Source: Bacillales bacterium (GTDB lineage Bacteria > Bacillota_I > Bacilli_A > RFN20 > CAG-826). Taken from it: DNA of 64,000 nt. The notes under the pieces are model-generated. The model was given only the letters and a program-made list of their open reading frames with translations, was not told where the DNA came from and did no database searches. Numbering within the stretch: the first letter of the stretch is position 1; each line of letters starts with the position of its first letter. Below, in pieces: positions 1 to 8,366 of this stretch. The stretch is from assembly GCA_052171195.1 (NCBI GenBank), contig JBQMZB010000001.1, forward strand, positions 1,735 through 65,734, in the 5' to 3' direction. Both the position numbers and the translations under genes were made by a program.

Positions 1-462
1 TATATCTTTATTAATCATATAGTTAACATTAAAGAATTTTGCATAATCTCTTAGATAATCAATTAAACTTAATTCACTTAACCAATCATAATTATTTAAA
101 AGTAAACCTTTTTTAGGATCATCTAAATCTAAAAATTTAGCTAATTGATTTCTAATACATAAGGTATTTTGTTTAGTAGTTTCTTTATCCAAAAGATTTC
201 TTTCTTTACTTTTACCACCTGGATCACCAATCATTCCAGTTGCTCCTCCAACAACTGCAATAATTCTATGACCTGCTTTTTGCAATCTCATTAAAATAGA
301 AATCATAACAAAATTACCAATATGTAAACTATTCGCACTTGGGTCAAATCCACAATAAATAGTTTGAGGTTTATCTAAAAGATTTTTCATATTTTCTTCG
401 TTACTATAATCTTTTATTAATCCTCTATAATTTAAATCATCGACAATATTTATTTTTTCCAT
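1..462 (-). CDS. tyrS: Tyrosyl-tRNA synthetase, N-terminal part (gene continues beyond window start)
   Basis: Not in ORF track because no stop lies in the window. Reverse-strand translation from ATG at 460-462 gives MEKINIVDDLNYRGLIKDY...TIYCGFDPSANSLHIGNF...VVGGATGMIGDPGGKSKERN, the TyrRS HIGH-type (HIGN) region and the GDPGGK block. Confidence 0.85.
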   Translation of the reverse strand, partial: MEKINIVDDLNYRGLIKDYSNEENMKNLLDKPQTIYCGFDPSANSLHIGNFVMISILMRLQKAGHRIIAVVGGATGMIGDPGGKSKERNLLDKETTKQNTLCIRNQLAKFLDLDDPKKGLLLNNYDWLSELSLIDYLRDYAKFFNVNYMINKDI

Positions 463-464
463 CA

Positions 465-1175
465 TTAATCTCTATATCTTACATATGTAAGTCTGCCATC
501 ACTGTCTTTTTGAACAATAGAAATAATATCTTTTTTATAAATTGTTATTTCTTTATCATTCTTATCTAAACATAATAATTCATCTTCATTAATTTTATCA
601 ATAAATTTAACTAAATTATCATGTGAATTATCAATTTGTAATAAGTCACCTTTGTGTAACCCATAACTAACAATAGCTTTACATGGTATACCTAATTTTT
701 TATAACCTTGTAAACTTCTTAATTCAATTAAGAATAAGCCCATAATAGGAATACCACCAGCTCTTCTAACTAAATCAACCATCGCTTTAGCGCTTCCTCC
801 GGTAGCAATTAAATCATCAAGAATAATTACTCTTTCTCCTTTTTTAATAGCTCCTTCAGGAATTTCAATTGAGGCTTCTCCATATTCTAATTTATAAGTT
901 TCTTTGTAACCTACCATTGGTAATTTATTTGGTTTTCTTGCAAGTACTAAACCTTTAGAGTTATAACTTGCTAATGGTGCTCCAAAAATAAATCCTCTAC
1001 TTTCAGCGCAGATAATTTTGTCATATTTATCATATGAAGGTAATTCTTTATTTAAATCCATTATAACTTGATGGAAAGCATTACCATTTGCGCATAAAGG
1101 CGTAATGTCTCTAAAATTAATACCTTTAATTGGAAAATTAATAACAGAGCGAATATAAGTATCGTATAAATCCAT
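465..1175 (-). CDS. apt: Adenine phosphoribosyltransferase with a ~60 aa C-terminal extension
   Basis: FRDITPL, AESRGFIFGAPLA, KLEYG and the PRPP loop VIILDDLIATGGSA align along the whole Apt family. 236 aa versus the usual ~170-180. Confidence 0.85.
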   Translation of the reverse strand: MDLYDTYIRSVINFPIKGINFRDITPLCANGNAFHQVIMDLNKELPSYDKYDKIICAESRGFIFGAPLASYNSKGLVLARKPNKLPMVGYKETYKLEYGEASIEIPEGAIKKGERVIILDDLIATGGSAKAMVDLVRRAGGIPIMGLFLIELRSLQGYKKLGIPCKAIVSYGLHKGDLLQIDNSHDNLVKFIDKINEDELLCLDKNDKEITIYKKDIISIVQKDSDGRLTYVRYRD

Positions 1176-1320
1176 AAAATAAATTACTCAATATACCCGT
1201 TTACAATTGAATAATATCTCCTTTTCTCGGGCAAATATTTAAAACTTAATAAAGTTCTATCAACAATATTTATCATAACATTTATTATATTAATAACAAT
1301 AAATAATTAACATAAAATAT

Positions 1321-2319
1321 TTAAAATTTAGTGGATTGTTTTTTAACATAGGTTGATTCAAATTTATATTGTTTTTCATATAATTGCTTATTTATAAGAT
1401 CCATTAACATATACATAGATCTTTTACCAACTTCATTTAAATCAATATATAAATTTGTAATTGAAGGTCTAATAATTGAACTATATTTAGTTCCGATAAG
1501 ACTTAAAACCTCAATATCATCAGGAACTCTAAGTCCACTATCAGTAGCTGCGTTTAAAATTGCTGCCGCTAAAGAGTCTCTATAGGCAATAATATATTCC
1601 TTATGAGGTGATTTAAATCTAGTTAGAAAATCTTGATAAGTTCTTGAGTAACTATCATCACAGTTGATAACATCATAATCTCTATCAGATGTTAAGTGAG
1701 TTTTAACAAAGGCTGATTCAATTCTAGTAAGTAAACGACCTGGATCATGCATATGTAAGAAAGTCATCTTTTTATCACCCTTATTAAAATGATCTTGGAT
1801 TATTTTAATAATTGAATGTTCATATCCAAAACTTATCGAAGCAATTTTAGGACCAACAAAGTTGCTATTAATAGCTACAACAGGTACATTATATGAATTA
1901 AATATCTCAAAATCTTCTTCATTTAAGGTATCATCAAAAATAATAACTCCATCTACGTGCCCTTTGATTAATTTATCTAAACAATTTAAGGCTTCAATTC
2001 TTGAATGAGATGTAGTAAATAAAAACATATTATAGGCTTTCTCTCTACATACTTCGCTAATACCATTTAAAAGATTAGCAATATAAACATAATTTGCGCG
2101 TGGAATTATAACACCAATATTCGTAGTTTTATTTGTTGCTAAAGCTTGAGCTAAACCACTAGGTTTATAGCCAAGTTTATTAATGACATCTAAAACTTTC
2201 TTTTTAGTTCCCTCTTTGACGGTATCGCTATTATTAATTACTCTTGATACAGTTGCTAAAGAGACACCACTAGCTTTTGCAACCTCATAAATAGTTACTC
2301 TATCTTTGATGTTATTCAT
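1321..2319 (-). CDS. LacI/GalR family transcriptional regulator
   Basis: N-terminal HTH VTIYEVAKASGVSLATVSRVINN followed by a periplasmic-binding-protein-like sugar-binding fold, 332 aa. Confidence 0.85.
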   Translation of the reverse strand: MNNIKDRVTIYEVAKASGVSLATVSRVINNSDTVKEGTKKKVLDVINKLGYKPSGLAQALATNKTTNIGVIIPRANYVYIANLLNGISEVCREKAYNMFLFTTSHSRIEALNCLDKLIKGHVDGVIIFDDTLNEEDFEIFNSYNVPVVAINSNFVGPKIASISFGYEHSIIKIIQDHFNKGDKKMTFLHMHDPGRLLTRIESAFVKTHLTSDRDYDVINCDDSYSRTYQDFLTRFKSPHKEYIIAYRDSLAAAILNAATDSGLRVPDDIEVLSLIGTKYSSIIRPSITNLYIDLNEVGKRSMYMLMDLINKQLYEKQYKFESTYVKKQSTKF

Positions 2320-2358
2320 ATTAATTCCTCGTTTAAATTATAAGACATTTAAATTATA

Positions 2359-2379
2359 AAATGTAAACTATTTACATTT
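2359..2379. promoter_or_regulatory. Candidate LacI-family operator (perfect 9-bp inverted repeat AAATGTAAA-CTA-TTTACATTT)
   Basis: Read directly. Lies ~40 bp upstream of the LacI-family gene start (2319). TGTAAA/TTTACA arms resemble LacI/CcpA-type half sites. An extra TTTACAT half-site sits near 2401. Confidence 0.5.
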
Positions 2380-2434
2380 TTTTCATAAAATATGAAAATA
2401 TTTACATAATTTTCAATTTATTAATATTTTATAA

Positions 2435-2465
2435 TAAAAAAAGAAAACTTTTTTAAGAGTTTTCT
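2435..2465 (-). terminator. Rho-independent terminator after the trmB fusion gene
   Basis: Stem AGAAAACT (2442-2449) / AGTTTTCT (2458-2465), followed on the minus strand by a T-run (A-run 2435-2441 on plus). Confidence 0.65.
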
Positions 2466-2484
2466 TTTAATAAATAATCTAAAT

Positions 2485-3759
2485 TTACAATAATTTAAAG
2501 AAGTCAGAACCTATTACGTAAGTATCATCAAGTTCTAATAATCCTGATTTATTTTCATATCCTTCTAAGTTAAGTTCTCTTCCGCTACAAAGCATTCCAT
2601 GTGATTTTTCATTTAATAATTCACTATCTTGAATAACTTCACCATTAGGCATAAAAGTATTAACTGTAGCAAGAACACATCTTAATCCTTCCCTTACATT
2701 ATAAGCTCCGCACACAATATCTATTAATTCTTCATCACCACAATCTACCTTGCATAAATGAAGGTGGTCAGATAAAGGGTGTTCTCTTACTTCTTGTACA
2801 ATACAAACTTTAAATCCACTTTCTTTTTTAATAGGCAATGTATCTAGTCCTTCTTCAATTAAAATATTATTAATAATATTTAAGATATGATTATTTAGAA
2901 GAGGAATAAGACCATTTATTTTAATTTTGATAATTTCTTTGATATCTAAAATGTTATAACCTACTAATTCATCATTATTATCTTTTAAGATTACAACTCT
3001 CCCTCTTTTGTCTACCTTGCTAGGTTTAACATGAGGTTTAAAACTGATAATTAAGATATCACCAATTTCTTTATAATTATAATAAACTCCATAATTCATA
3101 TTTATTACTTCCTTAACTTTAGTATCTTTGTTTTTGGATAACACTACACGATTTATTTTAACACTTTCATTTCTAAATTTGTTTTCATATTCAGTTAATG
3201 CGTCAAATTGTTCAATTTTATTATAATCATTATCTATTTTTTCAATATTCCATAACATTTTCTTAAATTGAGATAATGAATAATTAAAGAAATTTAAATT
3301 ATCACTTTTTAAATATAATTTTCCATTATCTTTTAAAATATATGAATAATTTAATAAAAATCTATCGTATGTAAGTCTTCTTTTTTTATGTCTTGATTTA
3401 GGCCATGGGTCAGAAAAATTTAAAAAGATACCTTCAATTGATTTACTTTGAATAATATCTACAAATTTATAAAAATCTTCTGCGACAAGTTTAACATTAT
3501 CTAAATTAGACTCATCTATTTTTTTAAGACAAATACCTGCAATAGTTAAATTAAGCTCAATAACAATAAAATTAAATTCAGGAAATTTTTTAGCTAAAGA
3601 TAAAATAAAATTACCTTTGCCAGGTCCTATTTCAATAAAAGTAGGTTTAGAATTAATAAAAGAAGATAAATTATCTTTATCTTCTTTATTTAATCTAAAT
3701 TGATTAGTAAAACTATAATTTAAATATTCAACAGCAGAACTTTTAAATTTAACTCTCAT
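2485..3759 (-). CDS. trmB: tRNA (guanine46-N7)-methyltransferase TrmB fused to a YtpR/Trbp111-type tRNA-binding domain
   Basis: aa 1-~215: TrmB motifs IEIGPGKGNF and FLNFSDPWPKSRHKKRR. aa 221-424: MNYGVYYNYKEIGDILIISF...HPLSDHLHLCKVDCGDEELIDIVCGAYNV...MLCSGRELNL matches the YtpR/CsaA/PheT-B2-like OB fold. Confidence 0.8.
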   Translation of the reverse strand: MRVKFKSSAVEYLNYSFTNQFRLNKEDKDNLSSFINSKPTFIEIGPGKGNFILSLAKKFPEFNFIVIELNLTIAGICLKKIDESNLDNVKLVAEDFYKFVDIIQSKSIEGIFLNFSDPWPKSRHKKRRLTYDRFLLNYSYILKDNGKLYLKSDNLNFFNYSLSQFKKMLWNIEKIDNDYNKIEQFDALTEYENKFRNESVKINRVVLSKNKDTKVKEVINMNYGVYYNYKEIGDILIISFKPHVKPSKVDKRGRVVILKDNNDELVGYNILDIKEIIKIKINGLIPLLNNHILNIINNILIEEGLDTLPIKKESGFKVCIVQEVREHPLSDHLHLCKVDCGDEELIDIVCGAYNVREGLRCVLATVNTFMPNGEVIQDSELLNEKSHGMLCSGRELNLEGYENKSGLLELDDTYVIGSDFFKLL

Positions 3760-3760
3760 T

Positions 3761-5119
3761 TTAATCTTCTAAATGACCTAATTCATAAATTGCACGTGCA
3801 TATAAAGGCATGCTATTGAAGAAATCTTCCATATCAATTTTTTCATTTGGTGAATGAATATTATCTTCTTTGCCAGGGAAATGGGATCCAAAAGCTATAG
3901 TGTTTTTACATTCTTTAGCGTATGTTCCTCCTCCAATAGTCATAGGTTTATTTAAAGTGTCTCCAGTTTCTTCAACATAAATATTAGCTAATGTTTTAAT
4001 AAATGGATTTGTATCTGGATCAAAATAAACTATTGGAGCAGGTTCACCTGGATCAATTTCTAATTCAGTTTTAGATTGTAAATTTTTAATAATTGCTTCA
4101 CTATCACAGTTTTCTGGATATCTAAAGTTGACAATTAAACTAAATTTATTATTTTCATATTCGATAAGACCAACGCAATAAGTAGTGTTACCTAAATATT
4201 TACTTTCAACATAGTTACCCATTTTCTTACCGATACCATCTTCAAAATTATTAACTAAATCTTCAAAAAGTTTAATATGATAAACTTTAGAAAGTGTATC
4301 AAGCATAATAATTCCGGCGTTAATACCTTTTTCTGGAGTACTACCGTGAGCACTTTTTCCGTAAAATGTAACTTTAATGGAGTTATCTAAATCTTCAATA
4401 TCACATTTAATATTTTTATTTTTTAATAAATATTCTTTAAGTTTACTATCTTTTAAAATAACTTCAGCTTTATCAATAACAGAGTTTGCAGCAACACCTG
4501 CTTTAATCGAAACAATAGGATCTAAATCAATATATCCTTTATATTCAAAATCTCTAATTCCTTTTTCTCCAAAAATTAATGGGAAATCAGCATCTGGAGT
4601 AAATCCATAAGTAACATCAGGTTTATTTAAAGTATGGAAATAATATTGAAGACAAGAAGAACCTCTTTCTTCATCTCCACCAAGTACTAATTTTATTTGA
4701 TAATCATTAATTAAATTATGTTCTTTTAAAGCTTTTAAAGCGTAATAAGAAGCAATTGCAGGACCTTTATCATCGCTTGTTCCTCTTCCATACATTCTAT
4801 CATCATGTATTTCTGCTCCAAGAGGATCATATAACCATTCTCCACTGATTGGAACTACATCTAAGTGAGCAAAAATACCAATTGTATTCTTACCACTTCC
4901 ATAACTAATTTCAATACAATGACCATCACAAGTATCAACATTAAATCCATCTTTTAATGCTAATTCTTTAACATATTGCATTGCCTTATAAACACCTTCG
5001 CCATAAGGTTTACCTGGCGCTATTGTTTTTTCATCATAAACAGAATAAATTCTAATTAATTCTTGCAAAGTTTTTACAGCATCATCATGATAAGGTTTCA
5101 TCAAATCTTTATAATTCAT
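3761..5119 (-). CDS. pepV: M20-family dipeptidase (PepV-like)
   Basis: HLDVVP, GRGTSDDKGP, GGDEERGS metal ligand blocks, 452 aa, PepV/Sapep architecture. Confidence 0.8.
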   Translation of the reverse strand: MNYKDLMKPYHDDAVKTLQELIRIYSVYDEKTIAPGKPYGEGVYKAMQYVKELALKDGFNVDTCDGHCIEISYGSGKNTIGIFAHLDVVPISGEWLYDPLGAEIHDDRMYGRGTSDDKGPAIASYYALKALKEHNLINDYQIKLVLGGDEERGSSCLQYYFHTLNKPDVTYGFTPDADFPLIFGEKGIRDFEYKGYIDLDPIVSIKAGVAANSVIDKAEVILKDSKLKEYLLKNKNIKCDIEDLDNSIKVTFYGKSAHGSTPEKGINAGIIMLDTLSKVYHIKLFEDLVNNFEDGIGKKMGNYVESKYLGNTTYCVGLIEYENNKFSLIVNFRYPENCDSEAIIKNLQSKTELEIDPGEPAPIVYFDPDTNPFIKTLANIYVEETGDTLNKPMTIGGGTYAKECKNTIAFGSHFPGKEDNIHSPNEKIDMEDFFNSMPLYARAIYELGHLED

Positions 5120-5208
5120 ATTATCTCCTTTAAATTAAATCTATAATTATTATAACTAAATAAATTATATAATAAAATTATTTAGTTATATATAACAAAT
5201 AATTTATA

Positions 5209-5889
5209 TTATTTTTTATTATTTTCTTTTATTAATATTGGATTAATTTTTTTAGCAATTATATAGCCATTAGGAACTAGAATTATAGATATAATAATTT
5301 CTGCAATTATATTTAAAAATATTAATCCAAATATAATGCCTAAATAGACAAATAAATTTGTGATATTGTTTTGTGAAACAAAGCCATCAATCATTTCAGT
5401 AAGTCCTAAAGCTTTAGATATTTTAAATATGTCTAATATTCCAAAAATATATAAACAACTTAAAGTCATTAACGAGTGAATAAAAGTTAAAACTCCGCTT
5501 AAAATATATAAAGAAATATAATTTACAACGTTATTTAGTTTATTTTTACTAAATTTAAAAACTAGACCTGCAATTAAACCAAAAAGAACTCTTGGTAAAA
5601 TAGATACAAATGGATTTACAAATAAGTAGTCAAATGTATTAGGATAAGATAACGCTTTTAATAAAGAAGCAAGACCAAAGGTAAATCCTAAAATTAAACC
5701 ACCTTCAATATTAAAAAGAACAGCTCCTAAAAGCACCACTACATGCATTGTTGTTAAAGAAATAGGTCCAATTGTTATAAAACATAAAGGTGTAAAAGTT
5801 AAAATAAATATTAAGGCTATTAAAAGTGCATAAATTACTATTTTGTTAACAAAGGTTACATTTTTATTAAATTTCATTTTATTCTCCAT
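5209..5889 (-). CDS. ECF-transporter S component (substrate-capture subunit). Pantothenate specificity (PanT) inferred only from linkage to coaX
   Basis: 226 aa, about six hydrophobic helices, S-component-like profile. Start overlaps the coaX stop (TAATG). Confidence 0.55.
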   Translation of the reverse strand: MENKMKFNKNVTFVNKIVIYALLIALIFILTFTPLCFITIGPISLTTMHVVVLLGAVLFNIEGGLILGFTFGLASLLKALSYPNTFDYLFVNPFVSILPRVLFGLIAGLVFKFSKNKLNNVVNYISLYILSGVLTFIHSLMTLSCLYIFGILDIFKISKALGLTEMIDGFVSQNNITNLFVYLGIIFGLIFLNIIAEIIISIILVPNGYIIAKKINPILIKENNKK

Positions 5890-6650
5890 TATTTTCTATT
5901 AATTTTATATATATGATTTAAACCTAATAAAGTTAAATTTTCTTCATAGGTAAAATTTGGTAAAGTGTCTTTAATAATTTTAGAAAACCCACCAGTTAAA
6001 ATTCTGTTGAGTCTATATCCTAATTCTTCTTCCATTCTATTTACAAATTCCTCGATCATGAAAGATTGTCCATAAACAATGCCTGATTGAATGGAATCTT
6101 TAGTGTTTTTGGAAATAATAAAATTAGGTTTTTCGAGAGGTGTTTCAAGTAAAAGAGATGTTTGATTAACTAGAGCTTCTAAACTAACTCTCATTCCTGC
6201 AGAAATCATACCTCCAATATAATTATTATCTTTATCAATAATATACATTTTGGTAGCGGTGCCTAAATCCGCTACTACTAAAGGAGTTTCAAATTTAATT
6301 AATGCACCAATTGCTCCTGCCAATAAATCTCCTCCTAATTCTTGAGGATGATCAATTTTTAATCGCAATTTAGTTTTGATTTTATTATTTAAAATTAATG
6401 GTGTAATTTTAAATAATTTATAAATTGCTTCTTCGATAATATCAGTAAGTAAAGGAACTACACTTGAAATAATAGCACCTTCTAACTCTATATTATCTTT
6501 GTTATTTTTGATGAGATCATTTATTTTATTGGCGAACTCATCACTACTTAATTTAGCGTCAGTTTTTATACGATAGACGTTTTTTAATAAATCATCTTCA
6601 AAAAAACCTAACTTAATTAAAGTATTACCAATATCTACAGTTAATACCAT
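5889..6650 (-). CDS. coaX: Type III pantothenate kinase
   Basis: N-terminal LTVDIGNTLIKLG (ASKHA phosphate-1 motif), ADLGTATK, 253 aa. Confidence 0.85.
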   Translation of the reverse strand: MVLTVDIGNTLIKLGFFEDDLLKNVYRIKTDAKLSSDEFANKINDLIKNNKDNIELEGAIISSVVPLLTDIIEEAIYKLFKITPLILNNKIKTKLRLKIDHPQELGGDLLAGAIGALIKFETPLVVADLGTATKMYIIDKDNNYIGGMISAGMRVSLEALVNQTSLLLETPLEKPNFIISKNTKDSIQSGIVYGQSFMIEEFVNRMEEELGYRLNRILTGGFSKIIKDTLPNFTYEENLTLLGLNHIYKINRK

Positions 6651-6730
6651 AATTATTCCTTTCTATGGTCTTATAAATAAGTACCATGACTTTATTATTA
6701 TAATTAATTTAAAGAAAATAATCTAATTTA

Positions 6731-6764
6731 AAAATTAAAAAGGATGTATATAATCATACATCCT
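6731..6764 (-). terminator. Rho-independent terminator after the collagen-like lipoprotein genes
   Basis: Stem AGGATGTAT (6741-6749) / ATACATCCT (6756-6764), with a T-rich run downstream on the minus strand. Confidence 0.7.
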
Positions 6765-6796
6765 AATATTTTTTAAAGATTAGATTTTAGAAAAGT

Positions 6797-7477
6797 CTAT
6801 GGAATATATACTGTGACTACGTAACCACCTTCAATTTGTGGAACTGTAATAGTGGCGTTATTACCATCGAAGTGAACAACAGGATTGCTATTTTGTATTT
6901 CCCATTTTTCACCATTTTTAAAGAAAGTGAAACCACCAATATTTTTACCTGAGACTGGTTCAAAATGGAATGTAATATTTTCTCCAACTAAAGCACTGCC
7001 TTTATCACAATATATAAAACAATTTGGATGATAAACAATTGTGTTAGAGTAAGCTACTTTTGCATCTCCCTTTACACCTTGTTCACCTTGTTCACCTTTT
7101 GCTCCGGCATCGCCTTTTGGACCAGTGTCACCTTTTGGACCAGTGTCACCTTTTGCTCCGGCATCGCCTTTTTCTCCGGCATCACCTTTTGGACCAGTGT
7201 CACCTTTTGGACCAGTGTCACCTTTGTCGCCTTTTGGTCCTTGTTCTCCAGCAGGTCCTCTTTCACCTTTTTCGCCTTTGTCGCCTTTTGGTCCTTTATC
7301 TCCTTTAGGACCAGTTTCTCCTTTTGGACCAGTGTCACCTTTTGGACCTTTAGTAACTTCAGTTGTGGTTGTAGCACTACTATTATTATTAAGTGAGTTT
7401 AATTTATTATTACAAGCTACCAAAGATAAACCCAATAAACCTGAAATAGCTAATGTAAGAATCTTTTTATTTTTCAT
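6797..7477 (-). CDS. Collagen-like (Gly-X-Y repeat) lipoprotein 1
   Basis: Signal peptide with lipobox LSLVAC, about 32 uninterrupted G-X-Y triplets ([12 protein letters not shown]...), then an ~85 aa non-repetitive C-terminal domain. Confidence 0.8.
   Translation of the reverse strand: MKNKKILTLAISGLLGLSLVACNNKLNSLNNNSSATTTTEVTKGPKGDTGPKGETGPKGDKGPKGDKGEKGERGPAGEQGPKGDKGDTGPKGDTGPKGDAGEKGDAGAKGDTGPKGDTGPKGDAGAKGEQGEQGVKGDAKVAYSNTIVYHPNCFIYCDKGSALVGENITFHFEPVSGKNIGGFTFFKNGEKWEIQNSNPVVHFDGNNATITVPQIEGGYVVTVYIP
7055..7348 (-). repeat. Gly-X-Y coding repeat tract built from reiterated 18-bp units
   Basis: 18-mer GGACCAGTGTCACCTTTT (plus strand) is perfect at 7119, 7137, 7191 and 7326, and 17/18 at 7209. 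TTTTGCTCCGGCATCGCC occurs twice. Confidence 0.9.
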
Positions 7478-7507
7478 ATTATATCTCCTATATTACTATA
7501 AATCTTA

Positions 7508-8200
<693 letters not shown>

Positions 8201-8366
8201 ATTATTTTTATTCCTCCATGAATTGTTAACTTAATTATAACTTTAAAAAATAAAAAAAACAAAATAATTTTGGCTCGTTCATCTAAATGCATATATTAAT
8301 AATAAAAATAATATAAATTTAATATTTTTTATTAATATTTATGTCAAAATTATTCTGTTTTTAAAA

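Noticed and set aside
1176-1320. Possible purine/PRPP-type riboswitch upstream of apt (GCCCG...CGGGT pairing around 1197-1238).
   Set aside because: There is only a 5-bp stem with a ~29-nt loop. None of the purine-riboswitch conserved junctions (UAUAAU...GGAUAUGG...CUACC...GACUA) is present.
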